From: Squalus acanthias
Lineage: Eukaryota
Length of the DNA stretch: 64,000 nt
NCBI GenBank assembly: GCA_030390025.1
Contig: CM059432.1
Coordinates: 8,866,001 to 8,930,000 of the forward strand
Reading direction: 5' to 3'
The notes beneath the pieces were generated by a model. The model had not been told where the DNA came from, searched no databases, and worked only from the letters and a program-made list of their open reading frames with translations. Position 1 is the stretch's first letter. Each line of letters opens with the position of its first letter. The position numbers and the translations under genes are program-made. Below are positions 51,211 through 63,538 of this stretch, one piece after another.

Positions 51211-52011
51211 TATAAAGACACCTGAGTGGGACTAATTGGATAGCTCTACCAAAGAGCAGTCACAGGCACGATGGGCCGAATTAGAGAGATCTGCTCTCCT
51301 CTCTCAGGATGACAGCATGCCTGCTCCCCCGCCAACCACTCCACCAGTGCCCTTGTTAGCGCCACACAGCCAGCCTGCTGCCGCTTACGTGGCCAATCCC
51401 CGTTAGAAATGTGGCACAGGATTTTATAATGGAAATCTAAAAATAAGGACAAAATGCCTCAGTTTAAAATGGAGCTCGAATTATGTCAGGATGCCCTGAT
51501 CTAATTGTTCCATGCCCTTGAACTCTGCTTCAGCTGACGACTACACTCCCTCTGGATCCTTTGTGTGATAGTCTAAAATGGGCGATAGCGATTCGATGGA
51601 AATTAAAATCGGGAGAGATTTATAACAGGCGGCTGAATCGATATTGTCAAGTTTTACACCATGAACCAAAGTTATAATTGCCCCCACTGTGTGCAACACC
51701 ATGGGATATTGACTAGTAGCTGAATAAAAATGTGCAAAATCAAAGAGAATTTTCTAGCTATGTTTGCTGTCTAACTTATAAAAATACATTAAACCCTGCA
51801 ATAATAAATGCCTGCTGAAAGTCGAAACCCTTGTTCTCTACTTCCAGGAATCCGAAGAGTTGAACTAATTTTTAGACGTCACCTACAAAAGGAGAAAAGT
51901 TTCCAAACGGTTCAGTGTTTAGCACATTGCTGTTCAGAAAAGCAGCCACTTCCCCTCAGGAAATCTGCCCCCATAACTCAATTTGCCAGAAGGACTCCCC
52001 GACTGCCCGGA

Positions 52012-52212
52012 ATGCTAAGCTGTTACGAATGGTGGGCCATCCTGGTGGGATGTGCTATGGCAGAATATTGCCTGGTGGCTCCGGTTTCCTCAGAGCGCAA
52101 CCGACTGGAAAATCAGCTCCCCTCTCCTCATCGCGTCAAACGGAAGTGGGTGTGGAACCAGTTCTTTGTATTGGAAGAATACCTCGGAACAGAACCGCTC
52201 TACATTGGCAAG
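52012..52212 (+). CDS. Type II classical cadherin, first coding exon (signal peptide, short prodomain, start of EC1)
   Basis: Translates [17 protein letters not shown]...[28 protein letters not shown]: furin-type RxKR site followed by the type II W2/W4 motif. Acceptor ctctacttccAG ends 51847 (exon from 51848); donor AAG|GTAGGC at 52212/52213. Paralogue (CDH12/20/7/22-like) not assignable by eye. Confidence 0.93.
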
Positions 52213-53264
52213 GTAGGCCACTGGTCGAGATGGGTTACGCCTGCTAGTGTGTTAGCATCTATTGCAGGAAGCAATATTTGCCAGATTGGTTGTGATGTGC
52301 CCCCTAACGCACATGTTATCACTCCATAGAGTCAAACATCATTGTTTTAAAGCATTAATTCCCTCTCGAAACCTCTTCACTCCCACTCCCACTCCAGGGA
52401 CTTGAGCACATAAAGCTAGGCTGACACTCCAGCGCAGTACTGAGGGAGTGCTGCACTGTCGGAGGTGCCGTCTTTCAGATGAGACGTTAAACCGAGGCCC
52501 CGTCTGCTCTCTCAGGTGGACGTAAAAGATCCCGCGGCACTATTTCGAAGAAGAGCAGGGGAGTTAACCCCAGTGTCCTGGCCAACATTTATCCCTCAAT
52601 CAACATCACAAAAACAGATTATCTGGTCATTATCGCATTGCTGTTTGTGGGAGCTTGCTGTGCGCAAATTGGCTGTCGCGTTTCCTACATTACAACAGTG
52701 ACTGCACTGCAAAAAGTACTTCATTGGCTGTAAAGTGCTTTGAGACATCCGGTGGTCGTGAAAGGCGCTGTAGAAATGTATCTCTTTATTTCTTTCTTTC
52801 TCCGCCTCTCTACCTCTCTCTCCTCCTGTAAGACACTCCTGAAAACCTACCTCTTTGACCAAGCTTTGGGTCCCCTGTCCTAATATTACATTGCATTACA
52901 TAGAATGTACGGCACAGAAACAAACCATTGGGCCCAACTGCTCCATGCCAGTGTCCCTGCTCCACACGAGCCTCCTCCTACCCCTCTTCATCTCACCCTA
53001 ACAGCATACCGTTCTATTCCTTTTCTCCCTCATGTGTTTATCCAGCTTCTCCGTAAATGCTTCTGTGCTATTCGCCTCAACTGCTGCATGTTGTAGTGAG
53101 TTCCACATTCGAACCAATCTCTGGGTAAAGAAGTGGCTCCTGAATTTTTTTTAAATTTATTCGTTCACGGGATGTGGGCGTCGCTGGCAAGGCCGGCATT
53201 TATCGGCCTTCCCTAATTACCCTTGAGAAGGTGGTGGTGAGCCGCCTTCTTGAATACAACTTAC

Positions 53265-53925
53265 ATAGAAACATAGAAACATAGGAGATAGGAGCAGGAG
53301 TAGGCCATTCGGCCCCTCAAGCCTGCTCCGCCATTCAATGCGATCATGGCTGATCATCCACACTCAGTACCCTGTCCCTGCTTTCTCCCCATATCCCTTG
53401 ATCCCTTTAGCCTTAAGAAATATATCTAACTCCTTCTTGAATATATTTAATGAATTGGCCTCAACTGCCTTCTGTGGTAGAGAATTCCACAGGTTCACCA
53501 CTCTCTGGGTGAAGAAATTCCTCCTCATCTCAGTCCTAAATGGCTTACCCCTTATCCTTAGACTGTGACCTCTGGTTCTGGACTCCCCCGCCATCGGGAA
53601 CATCCTTCCTGCATCCAGTCTGTCTAGCCCTGTTAGAATTTTATAAGTTTCAATGAGATCTCCTCTCATTCTTCTAAACTCCAGCGAGTATAAGCCTAAT
53701 CGACCCAATCTCACTTCATACGTCATTCCTGCCATCCCAGGTATCAGTCTGGTGAATCTTCGCTGCACACCCTCCATGGCAAGAACATCCTTCCTCAGAT
53801 AAGGTGACCAAAACTGCACACAATACTCAAGGTGTGGTCTCACCAAGGCCCTGTACAACTGCAGCAAGACATCCTTGTTCCTGTACTTAAACCCTCTCAC
53901 TACGAAGGCCAACATACCATTTGCT
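53265..53925 (-). mobile_element. CR1 3' fragment nested in a SINE
   Basis: ORF 53364..53969. Confidence 0.88.
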
Positions 53926-55909
53926 GACTCGCTAGGCCATTTCAGAGGGCAGTTAAGAGTCGACCACATTGCTGTGGGTCTGGAGTCACATATAGGCCAG
54001 ACCGGGTAAGGATGGCAGATTTCCTTCCCTAAAGGACATTAGTGAACCAGATGGGTTTTTAACGACAATCCGGTAGTTTCATGGTCACCATTAACTGATA
54101 CTAGCTTTTTAATTCCAGATTTTTTTTAAAATTTAATTAACTGAATTTAAATTCCCCGGCTGCCGTGGTGGGATTTGAACTCATGTTTCCCTGGATCATT
54201 AGTCTAGGCCTCTTGGCTTATATAGTCCAGTAACATAACCACTATGCTACCGTACCCGAGAAGATTTATTAGTGACTCATTTATTATGGCGCCTAGTTTT
54301 GGTCTCCCCCACAAGTGGGAACATCTTCTCTACGTCTACCCTATCGAACCCTTTCATAATCGTAACATCTCTGTATGTGGCTCGGTGTCAAGTTATATTT
54401 GATAGCCGGCCTCGGGGCGTTTTACTACGTTAAAGGCACTATATAAATGCAAATTGTTGTCGTTGAGCTGAGAGAGCTGATAAACTATTTCATTCAATGC
54501 TATTTTGTTGCGCTTTTGAGCTCCTGCATTGAGTGTAATACAGTTTCATCTTGAAACGGGAAGATATTCATCGTAGCATGTGCGGTTACATAGTGCCAGT
54601 CCATACTCCTGGGCAGAGCTCTGTGCCAGCAATGTAAATTTGTAACATATGTCCCCTCATGTGTGAAATAACTTGGGGCTGGTTTCCAATCCCTGTCATA
54701 AAATCACGCTTCGCAATATTCCAGTGCGTACTTGCCTGAGCACTGGCTCTCGAGAAAGTGGGGTGGGGGTGGGAGGGGCTTTACAAAGCTGACAGATTGC
54801 CGACACCACATGCTGCTCATTTAAAAAAAGAAGTTTTGCATTACCGCTGCGGGTCAGTGACAGCTCACCTGGGGAGACCGGCAGATGGTGCAGCTCGAGG
54901 GAATGCTATGGAAATTGGTAGGAAGAAAAGTGGGGGGGGGGGGGGAATATATACTTCACACACCGTCCCTCAGGAGAGGTTCCTGTGGCTCGAAGGGAAT
55001 TGCTGGAAATACGACAGCAAGATCAGAAGGAATGCAGAAACATTTGGTGTCACCCTGGCTTCTGATCAAGGTAATTGGCAAAAGAGCCAGAGGTGAGATG
55101 AAGAGAATTTTTTTTCTCTTTAACGCAGCGAGTCGTTGTGATCTGGAACGCGCTGCCTGAAAGGGCGGTGGAAGTGGATTCGATAGTGACTTTCAGAGGA
55201 GAATTGGACAAAGACTTGACGAGGAGAACATTTCAGGGCGATGGGGAAAGGGCAGAGGGAGTGGATCTAATTGGATCGCTCTTTCAAAGAGCCAGCACAG
55301 GCACGATGGGTCGAATGGCCTCCTTCTGTGCTGTAAGATTCTCTGATTCTATATAACATAAGGAGAATGGAGGCACTTTTTTGGAGCTAAATAATGGGGT
55401 AAAACGCAACTTTGGAGGGGGCACAAAACGGGTGGTGGCGGATCGGCCATTATTAACCCCGCTCGACTTTCCTTCCATTGACCCTCCCAACCCCCACCAC
55501 CCGCCCCCCCATCCCTCTTATGTAAATTCCCCATAGTTTGCTACATAGAACGTACAGCACAGAAACAGGCCATTCGGCCCAACTCTGCACGAGCCTCCTC
55601 CCGCCCCTCTTCATCTCACCCCACCAACATATCCTTCTTGTTCTACCAAGGTTTGATTGCACACAGTTCGTAACATTAACAAAGCACAATTGAAGTCAAT
55701 GGCAGTGAAAATGGGGAGCGATGCAAAACAGGCAGCTGATCCGATGTCGCCCAAACTCACAATTACCCTCGCTGACTCTTCACACCCTGAGAGCAACTGG
55801 CAACGGACAATGAATACGGCCTCGTCCGCGCCATCAACATCCCAAGAACAAGTGGAACAAAGTATTCTTTTGATTTTTTTTCTACAATAGAGTTATTACT
55901 ATGAAGATA

Positions 55910-56715
55910 GTGGGCGTTAACTTGGGGAGCGTCCATTTTTTGGACGCCCACCCCCCCCGCCCCCCCGCGCAGTGTTAACGGCCCTGTGCAAACAAACGCC
56001 GAGGAGCCCTGGATATTGGGCCTCGGGCGTGGCCGCCATGAAGCCGACGGTGTGTGGGGGAGGTGAGCACTCCAGGTTACACAGGTAAGCACTAACGCTG
56101 TGCCTCGGTGGTCGTCGGGATCGGGGGGGCCTGAAGTCTGCAGCGGGGGGGTAGGGGGTGGGGGGGCGGGTGGTGGGGTCCGGGTCGAGGGTCAGGTCCA
56201 GGGCCTGGAGGTCAGGTTCGGGAGTCAGGTCGGAGGTCGTGGAATCTCTGGACCGGAAGCGGCGGTAAGTGCTTACCTTTCTTTTATTTATGCGAGGGCT
56301 GCCTCGTGACGAACCGATTGTTGCAGCAGGGACCTGAAGCGGCGTCATGCCCGCGCACGCTTCATGCCCGCCATTTTGAGGCCTTAGGAGGCAGTGTGGC
56401 ACCTGAAAAACTGCCGCTACTTGGCCCAATTTAACTCCCACACAAAGCCCCGATTTTAACTCCAGGCGGACTCCCCGCTCAGGCCCTGAGTTAAAATCAC
56501 GGTCGGGTCTCAATGATGTCATCGGGCCGCAACATGCATATGTAAAGAAGGACCCCGTTGGCTCCGGGCACGTGTCCTTGCTGCCTGCTCAGGAGAGCAG
56601 GTTAAAATCGCGGGTGTTGCGAACATGGCTGCTTTCGGACAGGTAAGAGCCAGGGCGATTTTAACTGCCCACCCGCCAGGTTTCTGCTGAGCGAGTAGGG
56701 TTAAAATCATGCCCC
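55910..56715. mobile_element. GC-rich Harbinger-type MITE debris
   Basis: Repeated GATTTTAAC/GTTAAAATC motifs ending in GTTAAAATCATGCCC, as in the MITEs at 20445 and 22084. Confidence 0.45.
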
Positions 56716-57284
56716 CCCCCCACCCCCGTGCACTACCCGCCCCGCGGTAGTTAAATGCTCTAAAAGGGAAACTATATTATCGCAGCAAAAGTTCCCTGGA
56801 TCCAGAAACAGCTGCACGAGTTTCACTGACTGACAACATGACACAATAGACAAGGTAGAAAATTCAAATTCAATTGCCGTGAAGTATCAGTTCGACCTGA
56901 AATTGCTGAGTCCCTGTCACTGATTCAAACTCTGTTCAAGGTGACAACCTGTCTTGAAATACGCTCGGCATTAAGGGACAAGAGTGATCTTGAGAGTGAT
57001 TACCTCCCATCACTGAACCGCAATAAATGTCTTTCAGAAATACACTTAATAGCCTATTAAAGGTGCAGTTATGCTGCACTTTCGCATTGATGTAAAGCGA
57101 TTTTGACTGTGCGTCGACTGATATGCACCATACATCAAGATCAACATTATAGTGCACGGACACTAAGCAGTGTACAACCTCCAGGCTAGGCCAGCGCACC
57201 CGACCTGGGCTGGCCGCCAGGTAGAGTATAATCAATGTTGCCAACCCACCAGGATTGGCCTGGAGTCTCCAGGAATTGAAGCTT

Positions 57285-57720
57285 AGAAACATAGAAACAT
57301 AGAAGATAGGAGCAGGAGTAGGCCATTCAGCCCCTCGAGCCTGTTCCGCCATTTAATGAGATCATGGCTGATCATCCAAATTCAGTACCCTGTCCCTGCC
57401 TTCTCCCCATATCCCTTGATCCCTTTAGCCTTAAGAAATATATCTAACTCCTTCTTGAATATATTTAATGACTTGGCCTCAACTGCCTTCTGTGGCAGAG
57501 AATTCCCCAGGTTCACCACTCTCTGGGTGAACAAATTCCTCCTCATCTCTGTCCTAAATGGCTTACTCCTTATCCTTAGACTGTGACCCCTGGTTCTGGA
57601 CTCACCCGCCATCGGGAACATCATTCCTGCATCTAGTCTGTCTAGTCCTGTTAGAATTTTATAAGTTTCAATGAGATCCCCTCTCATTCTTCTAAACTCT
57701 AGCGAATATAAGCTTAATCT
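57285..57720 (-). mobile_element. CR1 3' fragment
   Basis: ORF 57382..57741. Confidence 0.85.
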
Positions 57721-58180
57721 CCCGGACACTGCCGCGAGCAACCCCTTGGAGCAAAATCATCGGGGCATTAAAGAAAAATTGTATTATTTTCATTTTCTTG
57801 TAACGCTTAGGGGGAGAAATTCGGCTAGTTAGCGCCTTCCCTTAGCGCCTCCAGGGGGCGCTACCGACTTACCGCCCGGGCACGGCAATGTTACCGCCGC
57901 CCGCGAAATTCACCTGGCTGTTTGCGGCGGCGGTAACCCCTAGCGCCACGCTCTCCTGCGCCCGGAGATCGTGACGTCATCCGGCTGCACATCGCCCCGT
58001 TAGCGCCCCGGACCCGAAATTCGGTTCCACCCCCTGCAGCATCGCCGGGCAACGACACTGACAGCTGCAACAGATTCATTCTGTAATTTCAAGGTTCTTT
58101 TGTATCAGGAGTCATCTGCCAACTAAAAAGTAGCTACATTTACTCTTCAAAGATTCAATCTGCTACACTTGGTGGCATTA

Positions 58181-60127
58181 ATGGGGGCTGTACTGCCATT
58201 CCACCTCGCCCTTCAGGATCTACAGCGGAGGCAGCGAGAAATACGGGAACATGTGCGCAGAGGGAGGAGGAGGGCCATCAGGGCTCTCACCAGGAGGCCT
58301 TACCCTCCGAGGATATTCCGAGAGCACTTCTCCTACCTTCAATTAAGCGAGGAGCCGTGTATTAGAAGGCTCCGCATCACCAAGGAGGTGGTCATAGAAC
58401 TCTGCCACCTCCTGCAACCAGACCTCCAGCCAGCCAGGGTGACCACGGCTCTCTCAGTGGCAGTCAAGGTCACCGTGGCCCTCAATTTCTTCAGCAACGG
58501 ATCCTTCCAGTCTGCAACAGGAGACATAGCTAACATCTCGCAGTTTGCCGTCCATCGCTGCATCCGGGAGGTCACTGAGGCTCGTTACAGCAGGCTGATA
58601 AGTGGCAGGGAACATTCGCAGCACAGAAGTGCCAGGCAATGACCATCTCCAACAAGCGAGAGTCTAACCACCTCCCCTTGACATTCAATGGCATTACCAT
58701 CGCCGAATCCCCCACCATCAACATCCTGGGGGGGTCACGATTAACCAGAAACTTAACTGGACCAGCCACATAAATACTGTGGCAACAAGAGCAGGTCAGA
58801 GGCTCGGTATTCTGCGGTGAGTGTCTCACCTCCTGACTCCCCAAAGCCTTTCCACCATCTACAAGGCACAAGTCAGAAGTGTGATGGAATACTCTCCACT
58901 TGCCTGAATGAGTGCAGCTCAACAACACTCAAGAAGTTCGACACCAGCCAGGACAAAGCAGCCCGCTTGATTGGCACCCCATCCACCACCTTAAACATGC
59001 ACTCCCTCCACCACCGGCGCACCGTGGCTGCAGTGTGTACCATCTACAAGATGCACTGCAGCAACTCGCCAAGGCTTCTTCGGCAGCACCTCCCAAACCC
59101 GCGACCTCTTCCACATAGAAGGACAAGGGCAGCAGGCGCATGGGAACACCACCACCTCCAAGTTCCCCTCCAAGTCACACACCATCCTGACTTAGAAATA
59201 TATCACTGATCCTTCATCGTCACTGGTTCAAAATCCTGGAACTCCCTACCTACCAGCACTGTGGGAGTACCATCACCACACGGACTGCAGCGGTTCAAGG
59301 AGGCAGCTCACCACCACCTTCTCAAGGGCAACTAGGGATGGGCAATAAATGCTGGCATTGCCAGCGACGCCCAGATCCCATAAACGAATTGAAAAAAAAC
59401 ATTGGCTTCCCGATCACCAGAGAGCACAGGACAAGCGTGCATGTGGCTTTGCAGGATAGCGGGATTCCCCATGGTGCAGGGCGCCATCGACTGCACACAC
59501 GTGGCTTTGCGGGCACCCCGTAACAATCCTGAGATCTTCAGTAACCGCAAAGGCTACCACTCATTTAATGTGCAGTTGGTGTGCGACCACACACAGCGAA
59601 TCCTCAATGTCAATGCCCGCTATCCTGGCAGCAGCCACGATGCCTTCATCCTGCACCAGACCGGTGTGCCAGCACTCTTCCGGCCACCACGCCAAGCTCG
59701 AGGGTGGCTGCTCGGAGACAAGGGCTATCCGCTCTCCACCTGGCTCATGACTCCCCTCTGCAACCCCAACACTCCTGCCCAGCACTCATATAATGAGAGC
59801 CATGCCGCCACCAGGAACGACATCGAGCAGACCACCGGCCTGCTGAATCAATGGTTCCGCTGTCTTGCCCGCTGAGGAGGAGCCCTCCAGTACTCGCCAG
59901 AGTGGGTGTCCCATTTCGTGGTGTTCTGCTGCATGCTCCACAACTTGGCCATCATGAGGGCGTAGCCCTTGCCAGCAGGGATTACGGGACCACCTCAGGA
60001 GGAGGACAAGGCAGAGGAGGATGAGGGAGAGGAGGAGGATGAACAGGAGGGAGGGAGGAGGCAGTGAGACAATCGGCCATCTGGATGGGCTATCCGTGAC
60101 CGCCTCATCAGACTCCGATTCACATGA
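58181..60127 (+). pseudogene. Harbinger (HARBI1-like) DDE transposase, disrupted
   Basis: N-part MGAVLP...ALSVAVKVTVALNFFSNGSFQSATGDIANISQFAVHRCIREVT; after the LINE insert, GFPMVQGAIDCTH...NRKGYHSFNVQLVCD...PGSSHDAFIL...LLGDKGYP...YNESHAATRNDIEQ...CCMLHNLA, an acidic tract and C-terminal AIRDRLIRLRFT*. Frameshifts and in-frame stops (e.g. TGA 59873). Confidence 0.92.
58593..59399 (+). mobile_element. Same poly(A)-tailed LINE family, inserted in the Harbinger transposase
   Basis: RT C-terminal peptides (QDKAARLIG, SLHHRRTVAAVCTIYKMHC), AATAAA and A-tail. Other tail copies at about 24080-24315(-), 27080-27305(-), 32725-32980(+), 63075-63175(+). Confidence 0.85.
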
Positions 60128-60488
60128 ATGAAACCCCAGATCCCCGTAGCTCACCACATCACCATCATACAATCCCTGTCTCATGGCGTATCACAGCGTC
60201 CTCCTGGACGCAAAGGTGAAATGAGAGAGACCACAAAATATTCCAAAGACCATTAATAAATTTATATATAAACATATCACACATATCACATGAATTCTAA
60301 TAAATAATAACCCTTGTGCCTGCCATAGTTGAATAGCTGTCATTCTGTGCAAGGTGTGAGATGTGGGTGTGAGTGTTGGTAGGTAGAGATTGTTGGTGGG
60401 TGAGTGCTGGGGGTGTGGTGCTTTAGCCAGAGTGTGAAGACTATGGTTCAGATGGTGGTATGTAACATTTGTTGAAGCATTCACTCAC

Positions 60489-60748
60489 CCTGACCACCCA
60501 AGTGAGGTCGTTAAATTTCTTCCTGCACTGTGTGGGGGTCCTGGGGACCACAGTGCTGCCCGAGATGTGCTGTGCTACCTCCTTCCACACGATGTGGAAG
60601 ACAAGTGGCGAGGGCCTCCTGCCACTTGCTGGGTAGAGCACCGCCCTCTGACTATCCACAGCGAAAACCAACACCTCCAATGCATCATCAGAGAATTTGT
60701 GGGTTCTCTCCCTGGGGTGTGGACCAACCATGTGCACACCTGGTTCCA
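60489..60748 (-). pseudogene. Harbinger Myb/SANT-like DNA-binding protein, exon 1 remnant
   Basis: ORF 60441..60878(-) contains KFSDDALEVLV...RAVLYP...WKEVAQHIS...RTPTQCRKKFNDL followed by donor AGG|GTGAGT; downstream exons appear lost. Confidence 0.85.
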
Positions 60749-61499
60749 TCCTCCGGCACCTTCTCCTTGTTCTGCTTCTGCTTGCTGAAGCAACTGCACA
60801 GCCAGTAATGCTGAGAAGAGATGCTGCAGCATCAATGAACCTCCTCTTTAAGTAGGGAAAAAAGTCTGTGGCAATCATGACTTGCGATTAGACTGCATCC
60901 AATATTGGTCCACCCTTTAGCTGTCAGCTGTGGCTCAGTGGCTAGCACAAAAATCTAGGCTGACACTCTAGGGCCGTGCTGAGGGAGTGCTGCACCATTG
61001 GAGGTGCCGTCTTTCAGATGAGACATTAAACCGAGGTCCCCGTCTGCTCTCTGAGGTGGACATAAAAGATCCCATGGCACTATTTCAATGAAGAGCAGGG
61101 GGGGAGTTATCCCCGGTGACCTGGCCAATATTTATCCCTCAATCAACATAACAAAAACAGATTATCTGGTCATTATCACATTGCTGTTTGTGGGATCTTG
61201 CTATGTGCAAATTGGCCGCCACGTTTCCTACATTACAACAGTGACTACACTTCAAAATGTACTTCATTGGCAGTAAAGCGCTTTGAGACGTCCGGTGGTC
61301 GTGAAAGGCGCTATAGAAATGCAAGTCTTTCTTTCTTTTCTTTAAGTGTAACGCCAATGAGCTTGGGTTTTAAGACTTGATTTAGGACTCCAATCATTTT
61401 ATTCAGCAGCGAGTACGAATTTTGCGTGCAGTCTAAACCTATTTCTCCAACTTTTCTACTGACACCGCCCATTCTTTGGCTATAATGAATTTCTAGCCC

Positions 61500-62705
61500 A
61501 TAGAATCATAGAATGAGACAGCACAGAAGGAGGCCATTCAGCCCATCGTGCTAGTGTCGGCTCTTGGGTAGAGCTATCCAATTAATTCCACTCCCCTGCT
61601 CTTTCCCCAGAGCCCTGTAATTATTTTTCCCTTCAAATATTTCTCCAATTCCCTTTTGAATAATGTTACTATTGAATCTGCTTCCACCGCCCTTTCATGC
61701 GGTGCATTCCAGATCATAACAACTCACTGTGTAAAAAACAAATTTCCTCATGTTGCCTCTGGTTCTTTTGCCAGTTACCTTAAATCTGTGTCCTCTGGTT
61801 ACCGACCCTCCTGCCAGTGGAAATAGTTTCTCCTTATTTACTCTGTCAAAACCCTTCATGATTTTGTACACCTCTATCAAATCTCCTCTTCACCTTCTCT
61901 GCTCTAAGGAAACATAGAAGATAGGAGCAGGAGCAGGCCATTCGGCCCCTCGAGCCTGCTCCACCATTCAATGTGATCATGGCTGATCATCCAAATTCAG
62001 TACCCTGTCACTGCTTTCTCCCCATATCCCTTGATCCCCTTAGCCTTAAGAAATATATCTAACTCCTTTTTGAATATATTTAATGAATTGGACTCAACTG
62101 TCTTCTGTGGTAGAGAATTCCACAGGTTCACCACTCTCTGGGTGAAGAAATTCCTCCTCATCTCAGTCCTAAATGGCTTACCCCTTATCCTTAGACTGTG
62201 ACCCCTGGTTCTGGACTCCCCCACCATCGGGAACATCCTTCCTGCGTCTAGTCTGTCTAGTCCTGTTAGAATTTTATAAGTTTCAATGAGATCCCCTCTC
62301 ATTCTTCTAAACTCTAGCGAATACAAGCCCAATCGACCCAATCTCTCCTCGTACGTCATTCCTGCCATCCCAGGTATCAGTCTGGTGAATCTTCGCTGCA
62401 CTCTCTCCATGGCAAGAACATCCTTCCTCAGATAAGATGAACAAAACTGTACACAATACTCAAGGTGTGGTCTCACCAAGGAGAACAACCCCAGCTTCTC
62501 CAGTCTCTCCACGTAACTGAAGTCCCTCATCCCTGGTACCATTCTGGTAAATCTCTTCTGCACCCTCTCCAATCCTTGACATCCTTCCTAAAGTGTGGTG
62601 TCCAGAATTGAACACAGTTCTCTATCTGAGGCCTAACCAGTGATTTATAAAGGTTTAGCATAACTTCCTTGTTTTTGTACACAATGCTTCTACTTGTAAA
62701 GCCAA
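61500..62705 (-). mobile_element. CR1 fragment with a younger CR1 (about 61910-62480) nested inside
   Basis: ORFs 61695..61880 and 61997..62572. Confidence 0.88.
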
Positions 62706-62712
62706 GGGGGCG

Positions 62713-63060
62713 GGGGAGAAATTCATTATAGCCCCGTTTGGGGCGCTAATTTAAAAAGTTTGAAAAGTGAGCCCCAGGCACTAACCTTTTCAAACTTTTG
62801 AAAAATTTGCCGTTTGCGCTCCAGGAAGGAAGTGGATCAAGCGCTAAATCAAGCGCTCCACTTCCTTCTTGGAGCACAATCGGCAGCAGGCGGGGCGGAG
62901 ACTTCAGCAGTGTTGCACACTGGGCCGTGCAGCGCCGCCCCGTTCAAAGGCTCCTTCCCTCTCTTAAAGGGAAGGGCCATCGCTGCAGGCTCTGCAATAG
63001 AAAAAGTACCGACCTGGACCACCAAGGCACCCACGCGATCAGCCCGGCACTCAAGCAAGT
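62713..63060. mobile_element. Harbinger terminal fragment
   Basis: Begins GGGGGAGAAATTCATTATAGCC, the inverted match of the right end at 61478-61499; GGCGCTA motifs. Confidence 0.6.
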
Positions 63061-63243
63061 CACTCAGTTGTATAAGGCGGCTCACCACCACCTTCTCAAG
63101 GGCAATTAGGGTGGGGTAATAAATGTCGGCTTTGCCAGCGACGCCCACATCCCGTGAACGAATAATTCAAAAAACAAACAGGTAGCTTGCGGACTATTTC
63201 CATGCTATTCGTTTAACCATTTGCATGAATTTAACATCCACAG

Positions 63244-63538
63244 CTCCACTCTGATTCGGACAATGGCAATATCACTCTGAGGTACAACCTAACAGGTGAT
63301 GGAGTTGGCACAATATTCACCATCGACGAGGATAAAGGAGACATTTATCTCATAAAGAAGCTGGACCGAGAGGAGAAGGCCTATTACACCCTGCGGGCGC
63401 AAGTGGTGGACAAAGCAACCAACCAGCGCGTCGAGCCAGAGTCAGAGTTCAATATTAAAGTCCAGGACATCAATGACAATGAACCCCAGTTTCTGGATGA
63501 GCCGTATGTGGCCACTGTTCCTGAAATGTCGCCTGATG
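63244..63538 (+). CDS. Type II classical cadherin, second coding exon (rest of EC1, start of EC2)
   Basis: Acceptor cacAG at 63242-63243; 295 nt reading [98 protein letters not shown] with LDRE, PE and DxNDN Ca-binding motifs; donor G|GTAAGG at 63538/63539. Joins the previous exon in phase 0 (IGK|LHSD). Not in the ORF track. Confidence 0.96.

Larger units (their letters stand above)
57810..61499 (+). mobile_element. PIF/Harbinger DNA transposon, two-gene type, decayed
   Basis: Left end tta|GGGGGAGAAATTC (57810), right end GAATTTCTAGCCC|ata (61487-61499); contains a DDE transposase (+) and a convergent Myb/SANT gene (-); carries nested LINE (58593-59399) and SINE (60922-61340) insertions. Confidence 0.8.

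Noticed and set aside
51808..52329. 173-aa ORF as a complete protein
   Set aside because: Only 52012-52212 is cadherin-like; the ORF reads through an acceptor (51847) and a donor (52213).
58181..60127. Domesticated host HARBI1 gene
   Set aside because: Interrupted by a LINE, has stops and frameshifts, and sits within TIRs next to a Myb gene, so it is a TE copy.
61997..62572. 191-aa ORF with a tandemly repeated RT C-terminal segment
   Set aside because: Chance in-frame fusion from one CR1 nested in another.
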